NCBI GenBank assembly: GCA_010405405.1
Contig: MU004243.1
Location: 1,049,340-1,109,173, forward strand
Direction: 5' to 3'
Source of the DNA: Microthyrium microscopicum
Taxonomy: Eukaryota
Length of the DNA: 59,834 nt
Shown here: positions 36,666-49,771 of the stretch, piece after piece
How positions within the stretch are numbered: the first letter of the stretch is position 1
Layout: every line of letters begins with the position of its first letter
Made by a program: the position numbers and the translations under genes
Notes under the pieces: model-generated
Database searches by the model: none
Told to the model about the DNA's origin: nothing
Seen by the model: the letters and a program-made list of their open reading frames with translations, nothing else

Positions 36666-37934
36666 ATGTCTTCAGATTCGAGGCCTCTCTCTGTGCTCAT
36701 CGCTGGAGGCGGCATTGCAGGGCCATGTTTTGCATACTGGCTCACAAGAGCTGGGTTGGATCCACGACCGAACATTACGATCATTGAGAGAGCCCCTGAG
36801 CCTCGAACCACAGGTCAATCTGTCGACATCCGCGATGCCGCAGTAGAGGTGATGCGAAAAATGGGACTCGAGGAGACCATCAGGGCTTGTAGAACCCCTG
36901 AAAAAGGCACTGCATTCGTAGATGGCAAAGGCAAAATTATAGCAAGATTTGACTCTTCGGGCGATAGCGAGAAGCAAAGCATGACGAGCGAGTACGAAAT
37001 CCTTCGCGCGGAGCTGGCCAAAGTGTTCATAGATGCTACCAAGGATCGCGAATGCATCAGCTACGTCTTTGGGCAGCGCATTGCAGAGATATCGCAGGAC
37101 GAATCCGGAGTCGATGTCACCTTCACTGGAGATATGCCCAAGCAACGGTATGATCTTATAGTCGCCGCGGATGGTACCATGTCCAAGACACGCCAGGCCA
37201 TCTTTGGTCCGGATGAGCCATCATACTTCAACTTCCTCGGTGGCTATTTTGCTTTCTTTAGTATACCATACGATTCTGATCTAGATGAACCACCGTTATG
37301 GCGTTGGTTTAATGCTCCTGGCGGCTTAAGTGTCCAGACACGGCCTCACACGAATCCAGAAACAACAGGCGCTTATCTTGGTCTGGTGACACCGCAGAAG
37401 CAGAGGAATCCAGAAACAGAGAAAGCGCTGACTGAAGGTCTCGAAGCTCAAAAAGCACTATGCAAAAAGATGTTCCAAGACGCCGGCTGGCAAGCCAAGC
37501 GCGTTTGCAATGGTCTCGACACCGCAAGCGATTTCTACATGACGCCTTTGACACAAGTCAAACTTCCCAAGTGGTCGAAAGGCCGCTGCATATGCCTTGG
37601 AGATGCTGCTTACAGTCCAACGCCCATCACTGGGGCTGGAACCAGCTTAGCAATGGAAGGAGCTTACCTTCTCGCCGGCGAAATCGCGGCATCTGGTGGC
37701 GATGTGCGCCTTGCATTTGACAACTATGAGAAAATCTTCCGACCCACTGTGGAGAAAGTACAGAAATTACCGCCAGGAGTTCCACAGATTGCGAATCCTA
37801 ACACAGCCTTTGGCATCACGCTGGCTCGTTTGGCACTCAGTCTCGTTTACAACTCAGGAATCTACAAGATTCTTGGAGGATGGGTTGATTCAAAACCACG
37901 AAAGCTTCGGGACTATAAATGGGCTTTAGGATAG
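36666..37934 (+). CDS. FAD-dependent monooxygenase/oxidoreductase (FAD_binding_3 type), intronless, 422 aa
   Basis: VLIAGGGIAG Rossmann motif, YDLIVAADG motif and CLGDAAYSPTPITGAGTSLAMEGAYLLA motif. Confidence 0.93.
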   Translation: MSSDSRPLSVLIAGGGIAGPCFAYWLTRAGLDPRPNITIIERAPEPRTTGQSVDIRDAAVEVMRKMGLEETIRACRTPEKGTAFVDGKGKIIARFDSSGDSEKQSMTSEYEILRAELAKVFIDATKDRECISYVFGQRIAEISQDESGVDVTFTGDMPKQRYDLIVAADGTMSKTRQAIFGPDEPSYFNFLGGYFAFFSIPYDSDLDEPPLWRWFNAPGGLSVQTRPHTNPETTGAYLGLVTPQKQRNPETEKALTEGLEAQKALCKKMFQDAGWQAKRVCNGLDTASDFYMTPLTQVKLPKWSKGRCICLGDAAYSPTPITGAGTSLAMEGAYLLAGEIAASGGDVRLAFDNYEKIFRPTVEKVQKLPPGVPQIANPNTAFGITLARLALSLVYNSGIYKILGGWVDSKPRKLRDYKWALG

Positions 37935-38242
37935 GCGCTTGTGTAAGGATTTTATTCGTCTTGAATGCCTTCAGCTACTACTATCTTAGCAACCAGGCAA
38001 TCGATCTATTGTACGTTAAAAATTTACGCTGTTCCAAGGTTCTTGTCTAAGACTTGTTTGCACTAAAACATAAAAGTATAGGTAAAGATTATAGTATTTT
38101 TAGCTACTTTACTAGAAGTGGGAGTATAAAGTCTAAAGCTTATACTAGTAATATTATTGCTATCAAAATACAGTATGATTTAAACCATTTAAAGCCTTGC
38201 CACTACACACGCTAAAATTCACAGGCCATTGTTGTCGTTCCC

Positions 38243-39037
38243 ATGTCAGGAGTCGCGGCATTATTCACAAAGAATAGATTCTTGTTATATGATAAGTTCG
38301 ATTCCCCAGAACAGGTCAAATTCGACGCCGATGATACGTTATATTACTTCCATAGAAAAGTGCTGGGTCCGCCGCCATGTCCAAAACTTATCAATGTCTA
38401 CCGGCACATCTGCTATTACGCGCTTAGTTACGTCCCAGAACGAGTATCTGAAGGCAACATTGTCAATACTACGTTGTCAGTGAGAGTCGTTCATGGCGCA
38501 GAGCTATTAGCGTTGTCATTCATTTGCTGGGAAAAGAGGTCGCCGATTGAGAAGTTTCCTGGACTCGGGAATATGCTGACCAGAGCAACATTTGATTTAT
38601 TTCAATAAGGGTGAGGTAAGGTGATGTATTTTGTCTAACACAGTCACTAACTTCCGCAGACTGTCGAAATAATTGCCAGCCTTGGATCGTTTCATTGATG
38701 CCACGAGATCATCAAATTCATTAAGCAGGCGTGCTCAGAAAACTGCACAGATGAAACGCAAAAAAGAGAATGGTTGATTGCCACCGAAACTGACCAGCTC
38801 AAAGCGAAAAAGTTCGGTAACTTTAAGGATGGTATGGTCTCGGGCTCGATTTGCGAACCACAAGTCAGCGAGAACCACAAGAAGCGGCAAAAGGCTTAGT
38901 CTTCTCAACCTCGACCCTCTGTTGGTCATGCTCTTCAACCGGCGTCTGACAATATTGTTCTCCCCAACCATAACTCCGCTATAAAGATAGGCGTGAAGCG
39001 AAAAGCAGAAGAGGTCATTGACGCCACGGGAGACTAA
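38243..39037 (+). pseudogene. Truncated, internally deleted paralogue of the 33358-36088 gene
   Basis: FDADDTLYYFHRK vs FDINNTLTYLHNK; SFH*CHEIIKFIKQAC...EWL...FGNFKDG vs SFQKCHDAIRYVQQLC...EWI...FGHHKDG; KKRQKA*...IGVKRKAEEVIDATGD* vs RKRQKTE...IGMKRKALEIIDLTEDD*. Intron at the equivalent position (~38610-38659), three in-frame stops and a frameshift. Confidence 0.85.
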
Positions 39038-39244
39038 TGATCAGGAGGTGTCGTGGTCGTCCATGGGTTTGTGGACTGTTATCGCTTTTTCAAATGAGAG
39101 ACCTGTGAAAAGTAGGGATACTACCACAGTAATGAAATACGTCTTTGTTATGGATTGGTGAGCTCTTCCACTCACAAGATTACATACGAAAAGTCCATGA
39201 CAATTTTCTATCTACAAGGCCACTCCTGAACTCCGGCAAGTCGC

Positions 39245-42200
39245 TTACTTTTCACCACCCAAAATAGCATCCATAAGGACATCTCTTTCTCCAGAGCTCT
39301 CTACCATGCTTCTGAAAATCCCGTCTTCCTTCTCCACCAAGTTCTTTGGGGTATCGTACTCTACGGCTGCTCCCTGGTCAAGAACCAACACGCGGTCAAA
39401 GTCTGCGATGGTAGAAAGCCGATGAGCAATGACTAGCAGTGTACTTGAGTCAAACTCCTCTCGAATCGAACGTTGAATTAGACTGTCGGTATTCTTGTCG
39501 ACAGCTGAAGTGGCTTCATCCAGTACCATGATTTTCGGCCTCGCCACAATTGCACGAGCTAGGCACAAGAGCTGACGTTGGCCTTGTGAAAGGTTTTGTC
39601 CACTCTCACTGATTGCGGAGTTTAGCGATTTGAATATGTTGACATTCTTGGTATTGGCTGTCGGAGCATTTGCAGAGCCCTCGGGTGGAGTGGGTGCTTC
39701 TGAGCCAACGAGGTGGACTCTTTCGAGAGCATCCTTTAGCTCGAGATCGGATCGCTCGTCGAATGGGTCCAAGTTGGATCTAATAGTTCCGGAGAATAGT
39801 ACGGGATCTTGTGGGATGATGGCAAGTCTACTGCGCAAATCCTCGAGTTTGATCTTTGAAATATCCACACCATCAATGTGTACGCTGCCTTCACTGGCTT
39901 CAAGGAAGCGGAACAGCGCCAATGTCAAGCTAGACTTTCCTGCACCTGTTCGGCCAACGACTCCAATGCGTTCCTTTGGTTTTACCTCAAAATTGAGGCC
40001 TTTGAGAACAGGTGGGAGGTCTGAAGCATAAGACACGACTAGGTTCTCAACCTCCATTCTGCCCTCGCTGGGCCATGAAGCTGGAACATCTTCACCATCT
40101 TGATTTTCCGTCTCGATTTCCGAGTACTCAACAATACGCTCAGTGGAGTTCATGCCAAGCTCCACTTCTGTGTAATGTCGCAACAAGAACGAGAGACTCT
40201 CGTTGTATGAAAGACTAAAGGTGAGAGCAAAGCCTCCCAATGCCGCATCCATGCCTTTGGCATTGACAAGAACGATAGCAACAAGCGTTGAGAACACCAT
40301 TCCCACCAGCTGAAATCGCCAAGACAACCATCGCTTGAAAATGGCAAGTTGATAGAGGCAACGACCCTGCCGGTTCAGTTTGTCAAACATGACCTCAATA
40401 TAATGAGAGGACTTGTTGTATGCTCGGATCGAGCTAACGCCTTGAAGTGCTGCAGTAAAATGCTCAAAGATGGGTGATTTGGCCGTCGATTCCAGTCTTT
40501 TGCATTCGCGTGCTCCGGACAAATAGTAGGACGAAAACCAGGCGCAGATGCAAAACAAGAGAAATGCAGTGAGGATGATGTATGGGCTCACGATTGCGCC
40601 AGCAAATGCAATCCCAACTACTGCAAGAAAGTTCCAGAATGCAAACGAGAGGCCATACGCCAGTGTTGTATCGAGTGTGTTGAAATCGGCAGTGAAGCGG
40701 TTCAATACTCGTCCTACAGGCACTGTGTCAAGCCAACGGAGTGGTGCTCTCAAAACAGCATATGTCAGGCTCTCAAACATTCTTCGGCTTGCTTTGATGG
40801 AACTGTGGAAGACGAAATAATATCTTAGCGTGCCTTCAGCACACATGACAACAGTGACTGCGAGATATATGGTAAGATAGTACATCAAGGTCTCCCTTGG
40901 TGTATCTTTTATGAGGACAGGTGCGGCCGCTTCCGCGAAGAAGGTTTTCTGTAAAGGTATTGTGAAGGCAGAATGGGAGCTGTTGAAAACAGCTTGTGTT
41001 TCGTTACTTCCAGTCCAAAGCCGAAGTATCCAGGTCTAGAAAGCTATTAGAAAAGTTTGGCCATGTGTGATCCGATTGTAACTTACTCGTCCTAGTAAAA
41101 GAATCTCATAGAGGCCAAACATGATGAGAATACCAACCCAAAGTCCCCAGCTACCGCAAGCCTTCATATATGCGATGTAGATTCGGAACTTGACAGTTCC
41201 TGTCTCTGTTGCCTCCTTTTCCACGAACTTCTTGGGGTCCTCCTTCTTGTTGGCTGCTTCAGATTCGGCGTGACCGTTAAGTACAGTCTGAGATTCACTC
41301 CTGGTGCTCACTGAAGTTCTTTGTCTTTCCAAAGCGGTTCCAGTCGAGTTCTTACTCAATCGTCGGGATACAGTACTGAGTCTTCGTTCGACGGCTGCTG
41401 ATTGCATGGTGTCTTCAACCACGTCCTCAGCATCCTCAATCGCATCTTCGTGCTCAATCAATTTCCCTGTTTTAGCAAGTTCCTCAACAAGACCGGCATA
41501 ATCAACCACTCCTTCACCAAGATGGACCTCATACTTCGTTCTGGACCGACATAAGGCGACATGGTGGGTGACCAATATCCTTGTTCGACCAGTGGACATT
41601 GGACCAGTCAAAGCATTTTCAAAGATGTGTTTTCCAACATGAGCGTCAACAGCCGAAAATATGTCGTCAAGGACTAGAATACCGGCACGAGAATATAATG
41701 CGCGAGCTAGAGTTAATCGCCAGCATTGGCCGCCAGACAAGTTGATGCCTTTGGGACCAATCTCCGTTCGATCGCCGTCGCCTAATATTTCCAGGTCTTT
41801 CTCCAAAGCACAGTCACTAAGCACTTGCTTATATCTTTCCTCATCAAACGGAAGTCCGAAAAGAATGTTGTCTCTAAAAGAGGCATTTTCGATCCATGGA
41901 ATTTGAGGAACAAAAGCCACGGCATTGTCCAGGATCCAATTTCCCTTGTTTGCCGCCTTATCGTTCCGTTCTGTGGTCGATGGATTTTGAGGCATGATTA
42001 TTGTACCAGATATGAGCTCGCACTCTCCCAGTATGCTCGAAAGCAATAAACTTTTACCAGAACCAGTTCGGCCTGATATGACACTGAGTTCTCCAAGTGG
42101 GAACTCGATGTTGATATTGTGAAGCTTGAATGTATCCTCTTCAAGTTCATCGGCGGGCCATGCGATAGTAGCATCCTCGAATGCAATTTTATCGCCCACT

Positions 42201-44103
42201 TGTGCCACATCTATCTTGTCCGGGGCTTCCAGGTAATCTTGAATACGTTTTATGCTGATTCTAGCATCAAACAAGTTGGTAAGCAGCTCCGGAAGATAGG
42301 AAAGGGTGCCTTCAATTTTGCCCAAGACACTAATGACCGTGAAAGCAACGGATGGTTCGAGACGACCAGTGATCAAGGCATATGATATCAGGCATGCTGT
42401 AGAAAGCATTACAGGACCAGTAATCCACAGTCCAATGAGAATTGTGTCGGATATCATGACTCCCCAGAGACTTTTCAGTTCAACTTCTCTGGCCTCAAGA
42501 ATCTTTTGTTGCCATCGTCTTTCTAAAGCTGCGAATTTGATCTGCCGGATTCCTGAGAGGGCTTCATTGACAACGGACAATTTCTTGTCTCTTTGTTTCA
42601 TCAACGAATCTGCAAATACTGTATATCGCTTGGAATAATAGATGTTGATTGGCAGGAATGCTAGTTGAACTGCAATACCAATCAGCATTGGAACCCACCC
42701 GACAAGCTGTTTGAGGAAGAAAAACGCGATGAAAAGCCTCAGTATGGATCCAGTCGCAATGTTGTTGACGGTAGCAAAATTGCCAATCCGGCGAGCGTCA
42801 ACTCCAACAAGATTGACGACGCCTTGTCGAGTTTGCCGCATGGCTTCTGCCTCATCTTCGCCGTCGTCCTTTAATTCTGATGGGGTGGCAGCTTCGATAT
42901 CAGCTGTAGTATCGTTGTCGTTTTTCTTTCCATTGGTTTTTGAGTCGTCAGTCTTCTTTTTCGCAGTTCCTTTCACATCCTTCTTCCGCATAGACTTTGC
43001 AAAGATTATAGCACCAAATTCCATTGCCAGTGTGACGAAAATGGACGATTCCGAATACCACCAGGTCCGAGCCGCGATATATCCACTCACTGCAGAAAGA
43101 AGCCCGAGTCCAAATGCCCAAAATATTCCGATCCTCTGGACAGGCATTCCAGCATCCTTTTGCTCCAGTATCCGAAGAAGCTGAAATAAAGCAAGCTGAG
43201 GCGCTACATTGAAGAATGCGTCCAATAGCGTGAAGAACTGTTGGCGAATAAAACCTGGTAAAATTGAAATGATAATCATAAGAGTGAGCGATTTCCGCTT
43301 CTTTTGGGCATTGAATCGTTCAAAAAGGTCCCCAGCTCGATTGGTATGATCCAATTGAGGCAAGTCGTCGTGGTCGAGCTTCTTCTTTCGTGCCTTGGCC
43401 AGCATGGGATTTGCCCATGCATACGTATAGCGGCTCCAAGCAGGTTGTCCCCATTGAGCATCAACAGGCACTCCGTTCAGGAAGACTTCTGGTCGACGTG
43501 GATAAGAGATGCTGACGGCTAATCCAAGGATAGCAAGAGCAAATCTGGACCAGTCAAATGCCTCTTGGAGTTTAGATGTGGAAACTAAGTTTTCCACAAT
43601 AAAGTAGATCCGAACACAGTGTGAGATGAGTGTTGCAATGAATGATAATGCTGCTGTTACCGCAAGTTGATAACGGGCGACATGCTGTCTTTCCCGAACA
43701 ACTAGCACAGAAATCGCTAGAATCAAAATCTAAAGTATGATTAGAGGACATGAAGGAAAGAAACCCAAATTCTCCGACTTACCCATACTACTCCATGCAT
43801 CCAAACGAACTTCTCATATTTCCACTTTTGTACTGAACACAAAACGACTGCTGCGATTGAAACTACAAAACCAGCCAGAGCGAAAATGGAAAGAAAGATA
43901 TTCTGCCACCCGATAGAAAACTGCTTTTGACTCTCTTCTGTTGCAATTCCATCGGCGTCCTGGTACTTTTCGTTGCTGCCGGCCGCTTTCGGATGGTCTC
44001 TCGACGACTGTACTGCAGTCCGTACTGCGAATGCGGCTAGACAAACTATGACACCCACAATGGCAGCGTCAAGCCAAAGGGGCCACTGCTCGATATCGAA
44101 CAT
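39245..44103 (-). CDS. ABCC/MRP-type ABC transporter (Ybt1/bile-acid-transporter-like), TMD-NBD-TMD-NBD
   Basis: NBD1 GRTGSGKS / LSGGQ / LVLDDIFSAVD; NBD2 GRTGAGKS / LSQGQRQL / VLDEATSAVD. GT-AG introns at 43782-43730 and 41086-41036 join the ORFs in frame. Confidence 0.95.
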
Positions 44104-45509
44104 TTTTCTATGGTTCTGATGTTGCAGAGCAACTTATCAAAAATTTGTAGATTCAACGACTCCCGGCTTATTATGTAGGGCGTTTGACAGGCTGCAGGAA
44201 TGATGCATGGGTGAACTACTCTAGTCTGCTCTCCGGGGTACCTGTTACCGTAATCTTTCACGGCTAACAGATAGCTCCAGATACTACCTTTTAGCACAGT
44301 CAATTGTAGGCACTATCATTGGTTATCCAGAGACGCGTCAATGGTGATTGCTCCAATTGCTCGTTCCGCCAAGCGCTGCTTGCAAATCAAGCTAATCTAC
44401 AGCTCTACACTCGGTGACACAGTAAGCCTAGAGCTGCCTGAACGAGATGGTGGTGAGGATTAAACACAAGGAATATCAGGCGGAACCTTTTACATGGAGC
44501 ATATGCATGGAGCAAGACTAGAGACTAGATACGAAAGTTCGGAAAAGAGTGTTGCGGTGAGCGTTTGCTTGCTCAAAGTGAGTCACCGCAGATCCTCTCC
44601 ACCATCTTGTGTACGCCCAGACTTGCACATCGAGTGATATCGACAAGACTCACCATTTTCGTGAGAGGAGAAAGTCATGACAGAATCATAAACTTGATTT
44701 TAGTACCAGCATTTGTAGAAGTAATTGCTAGAGGTATTGACTAGACTCTGGAGGTTCATAAGGAGCATATTGGTAAAGATGAAGTAGGATTTACCTACCA
44801 ACTCTAATAGATGAAGACATTCTAAATTTAGCCCAACGCAGTGTTTATCTTGGATCTACCTCCGCAATCCTTATTTTTTATTATGCCGCCTATCGTGCGT
44901 GCGTAGGCAGTTGTTGTAGTAATGGTATGGATTATTTAGGCTGTAAAACGCAATTGCCTCACCTCCCAGCCTTCCTCTTTTCTAGGCAAGAACTAATATT
45001 ACCCGATGCGAGGCAAGTTAGTTAGGAATTGTAGGCAAGAAATATCCTTAAACGGACTATCAATCTTAGAATTATTTGTTCTATTAGAAGTCAAGAAATA
45101 TCCATCGAAGATATAAAGGTCAATCGTTTGTTTAGTAATATGGGGTCACTAATTTAGTGGTACACTGAAATACGAAATGTCATTGCCAGCCACCCTCCCT
45201 CCCTGCATAGTAGTTTTTATCGAATTCCACCAATCACACGTAAAATAGCCTACAGCTTTGGGAGGTAGAAAATCAAGCTATTTCGTACTATCCCATTAAG
45301 CGTTCCAAATATTGAAGTAGCATACTACTTTTAGTGTACCAATATTGGTGTTTTAGCTACCGTTTAAAAGCTCTTGATCTGAACATGTCCGTTTAGACAT
45401 CCCTTAACATTCTCTTACCTGTTTTATATATAAATTAATCGTTCTTATCCCAACCTGTTATTATAGACCCTATTCAATTAGAAATAGCTCAAAATAAAGT
45501 AGGATCATA

Positions 45510-46560
45510 ATAGGGACGTCATATTACGGACTGCTAATAGTAAGCCATTATTATAATACTTTAAATAGGCTAAACGTATACCGCTATTACTAAATATATA
45601 AAGGTTTCTAGATATATCGTACGTCTTTATTGTAAACGTCTTAATAAAGTTACTAGCGAGTATGTCGAATGACCTAAATTTACCCTTAGTCGTGTCTTAA
45701 AGATATCTAACACTATACGTAATTTTATGCTAGAGATCCTAGTACTAAAGGGAACTTATTATCTTGATGAAATATTAATATTACTATAGCTTAAGCTTAA
45801 CGTTAATTATAGTGAAGCTGTAGTAAAGAGGAAACTATAGTAAGTTAATTAGACAAAGAAACGAGTAAGTTATATTACTTCCTAGTAATTCTTATACTAA
45901 TTCTACTTCTTCTAAGTTAAAGAGATTGCTTAATAACGCTGTAGCCTTTAACGAGACGTATATTTTAAACGTATGTTAATATATAATATTAAATAGCTAG
46001 TATTTATAGATAAGAGTAGTAGTAGTAAATTAGATACTCGTCGTTGTATTAGATAGAGCCTGCAGGGTGTTATTTACAAGTCTCGCGAGTAATTAGATTA
46101 TATAAAGAAGTTAAACCTAATTTTAGCTTACACTATCTATAGCCTTCTTAATTATAATAAATACGTAGCAAATTTGGATAGACTTGGCTTTAAATAGTAG
46201 TTAGATAATAGGCTTCTTCCTCTTTATAGCTACTACTTTGCTCCTTATAGTATTATCGTTATAAATAACGTATCTTTTTATTACAATAGTAATATATAAG
46301 ATATTTATAACTAGTATAGGGTCAAATTGGAATATCTACCATTATATTTACTAGACCTAAATCTAATTGAAGCCTTATTTAGTAATATTAAGTCTTACTT
46401 AAAGCAGTATTAACTAGACTTTAAGAGAGGAAGAAACTATAAAGAAAGGTTCTAGCTTTTTGAAGAGGTTTTTAAGCAAGCCGTTCTCGTGTAAGGAAGG
46501 AATAAAAGACGCGTAAAAAATTATTTTATATATACTAGATGGCCTATCTAGACTAGAGTA
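45510..46560 (+). pseudogene. RIPed DD34E transposase
   Basis: De-RIPed: N-terminal HTH-like segment; intron 45865-45916; FIDESG...RR.IGWS (~46002); IIVMDNASFHH (~46255); KLEYLPPYSPDLNPIE (~46324-46371), with 34 codons between the second D and the E. Confidence 0.9.
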
Positions 46561-46949
46561 TTTTTTTTAGAATTAAATTTAGCCTTTTTGTCATAGAGAT
46601 CTTATAGTAATAAAGTATAGTTTTGGTTGAAGTCTCTACAGCTTTAGCGCTTCGTAAAGAATCTGAGTTCTATTATATTAAATTATATCTTAGCACCCCG
46701 CGCTAAGGCTTATTATAGTCTAGTAGCTACCTATAGTAGTTTAGCGCATCACGTATTTTAAGGAATCTATAATCACTATAGCAAGATTTGCAACTATATC
46801 TTAATATCATAAAGCTAGATTAAAGAATTAGGTCGTGTTGAACGACGGTAAGGTTAAATTTTATGCAAAAAATACCAAAACTATAGAATCTAAATGCTCT
46901 CTGCATACATAAAGTGTTTATCTATAGCAGATGGGTGTATTTAAGTTAT

Positions 46950-48550
46950 CTAATCCTTTGCCTACTACTACTTAATAATATTATGAAGTTTACCTAAAAG
47001 GAACTCATTTGTAGTTGCATTAAACTATAAGAACTAAGCAATATTCTTCTCTCTAAGGTAAAGAAGTTACATAAAGCAAGATCGCATTACATTAAATAGC
47101 TTTTGGACCTTAATTGTCATTAGATTACCTAGTTCTTTACTACCAACGATCTTATTAAGAGCTTAAGATTTAAACCCCTTTAGCTTAAGAACTACGTTAG
47201 TGTTAAGGCACATCTTTGAATAAAGGTGCTCTAAGGGAGCCGTTAGCGCTACTTCTAACGCTAAACTAATATAATTATGGATCATAATTAGTAAGAGGGA
47301 ATTGCCACTTAATTAAACAGGTCTAGGATAATGAACTCACTACTATTAAATAATGTTATGAATAGCTACTAACGGCCTTAAGATGTTAACATTTAGAGTA
47401 TTATTAGCCTATTCTATGGCCTAAACGGTGAGTAATTCCTTATCTATAGTGTAGCAGTTATGCTTATTATTAGTCTAATAGGCACGCTTCTTGTAGCGAG
47501 GGTAGGTTTGGTATTTATAGGCGTACTTTAGGATAAGTTGTAATAACTTCTTAAGGACCCTATCATCTAGGACATTATTACTATTAGTAGTGTTTTAGGA
47601 GGGATTCTAATCGTCATTTAGGAGGGCAGTAGAAGGATCGTTAATTTAGGTAGCTCCTAGATATTAAGAAGCTAGTTCTTGCGCCATAGTAGAAGTTGAA
47701 GCTTTAGTAGGATTATTAATACTCACAATGTTCTAAAAGCCTTTAAAATTTAGGATAAGAACAAATACTAGCTGTCGATGAGAGAACTTTAAGTACTAGC
47801 TAGTTATCTTTAGATTAAGAGGATTAAATTAGTTCCCTTTATCTTTAGAAGGATGTTTAAGCAACAGATAGGCAAAATCTAGTGTAATCTTCCTTAACAT
47901 TCCTCCCTTGCGTATAATATATATTTAAAGGATTAAAGAGATATTATATTAATAATAAGGACGCTATTTAATAGCAAAATGTTTCTTTTGCTTCTTAATA
48001 ACCTTCTTATATGCCTAACGAAGAGAATTAACAGTATAGAGGTACTAATAAGTAAATTCTCCGTTATAAATGTTGCCCTTGCCTTATACCTTTATATTGT
48101 ATTTAATTATAACTTCGTAGTTAAGAGATGTAGCGTTCTTAGCCTCTAATTGGTTAGATTTAAAGGTAAAGGGTTAAGATTCTAGTACTTAAGAGTTAAG
48201 AAACTAAGTCTCTAGTTTAATTGAAGGGTCTAAAGAAGAGGATTCTTAAGGTAGTAGAAGGGGGTAGCTAGAGGTAGGTGTTGAAGGAATAATAACCTTA
48301 GTAGAGGCTTTAAGGGTAGCGTTAGTAATAGTAATAGTGCTTATAGTACGTCTATGAGAGCTTTGGCGAGTAGGAATAACAATATTCTTGGCTGATTGAC
48401 CTATCTTAAGCGACAAGAGGGTTGAATTGCCGTAGAATTTAATAAAGAGATAAAGAAGTTGTAATAATAGTAATAATAGCAAAGGGCTACATCTTATGTA
48501 AGTTTAATACTAAGAATTTTATATATAAAGATATAGTATCTCTTTAGCTA
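46950..48550 (-). pseudogene. RIPed second gene of the transposon (S/T/P-rich N-terminus, putative Cys/His motif); limits approximate
   Basis: Minus-strand frame interrupted mainly by RIP-type stops. 47530-47405 back-mutates to KYACEHQTCPRYKKRACWTDDKHNCYTMDKELLTVWAMEWA. ORF 48246-48482 is part of it. Confidence 0.6.
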
Positions 48551-49771
48551 CGTTTAAAATACTATAGTAGAGCATTAGATACTATGGTAGAAGACTAAAT
48601 ACTATCCTCGTAGTAGACTAGAAGAAGCTAATTATTGTAGCTACTAAAATACCTACTTTTAGTATACTAATGCTATAACATAATACTAAAATTCCTAGTT
48701 AATATTTAGTGCTAGTAATAACCAGAATTTCACAATTTTAGCTTTACAGGCTATTTTACTTATAATTGGCGGAATAGCTGAAAATTGCGCCATTTACATA
48801 TGCAGGGAGGGAGGGTGGCTGGTAATGACATTTCGTATTTCAGTGTACAATCGCTGGGACGCCCTACACGTACCTCGTTGCTCAACTGCCTTGATTCCAA
48901 CGCGTCAACACCAACGCCTTTACGCGCACTGCTACAAGGTTGCTATCTTTCCACAACTCATCGGCTTATGAATAGCCTGTCTAACAACGACTTAGGTACC
49001 ATACGAGTCAGGATTTAGGTATTCTCGAGCTCAAAATGTGCAGTCCTACCTGTTGAACTTCCATCGCAGCACAGGTCTAGGCAGCCTTCTCGACAATGAC
49101 CCTATTCGAAGTCTCGTGTGTCAAGTGATTGACTCCAAGAAGCTCATTGACTGTCTCGTCATAGGTCTGCCGTATGCTTCACCGGCCAGATCTGTCCCTT
49201 TGACGATATGAGCGGATAGCTCAAGTTATTAGCGTTGAAGTCATGCCTCAAACGTGCTGGACGTCTGGTCAAGATGTTAGTCGACCTTCTTGAGCAGCTC
49301 TTATTTAAGCACAAATACCAGCGATGGTAACCAATTTTGGATCTGAGATGTTGACGGCGATGTACCCAAGTTGGAGTAATTCCTAATGATTTTGCGAACA
49401 AGAGAGTTTTGTCGACTTACATTGTTAGGGCCAGAGACGATCTTGGTACATCTCCTCAAAGCCGCGTTGAGACTCCTTAGTATTTCAACATACTGACTTC
49501 GTCTGGTTGAAGCTTCTCACAACGTCCGAGCCGTCTGCATATAATTCGGGATGTCTGACCCGCATGCCTGTACTGCGGACATATCTTCCGCCCTTATCGT
49601 CACGACACCGCACTTTTTCTTTCAACTACGACAGACACTTTGAACTCCAATCAACAAAGGTCCATCCTTACGCAATTATTAACACGAGCACCGAGGCCGC
49701 CAAATGATTGCTAAGAGAGCTTGCACAGGATGTAGTAAGACGACAAAGCGGAGCGATCGCGTGATTCGCGA

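Larger units (their letters stand above)
45163..48845 (+). mobile_element. RIPed Tc1/IS630-like (DD34E) DNA transposon, 3683 bp, two convergent genes
   Basis: 47-bp TIRs CACTGAAATACGAAATGTCATTGCCAGCCACCCTCCCTCCCTGCATA (45163-45209) and inverse (48799-48845, one mismatch); TA on both sides; TpA-rich interior. Confidence 0.95.

Noticed and set aside
41715..41745. LSGGQCW in NBD1 as evidence of an inactive ABC transporter
   Set aside because: The LSGGQ core and Walker motifs are intact, and NBD asymmetry is normal for ABCC proteins.
36666..44103. Secondary metabolite biosynthetic gene cluster
   Set aside because: No backbone enzyme or pathway regulator in the window.
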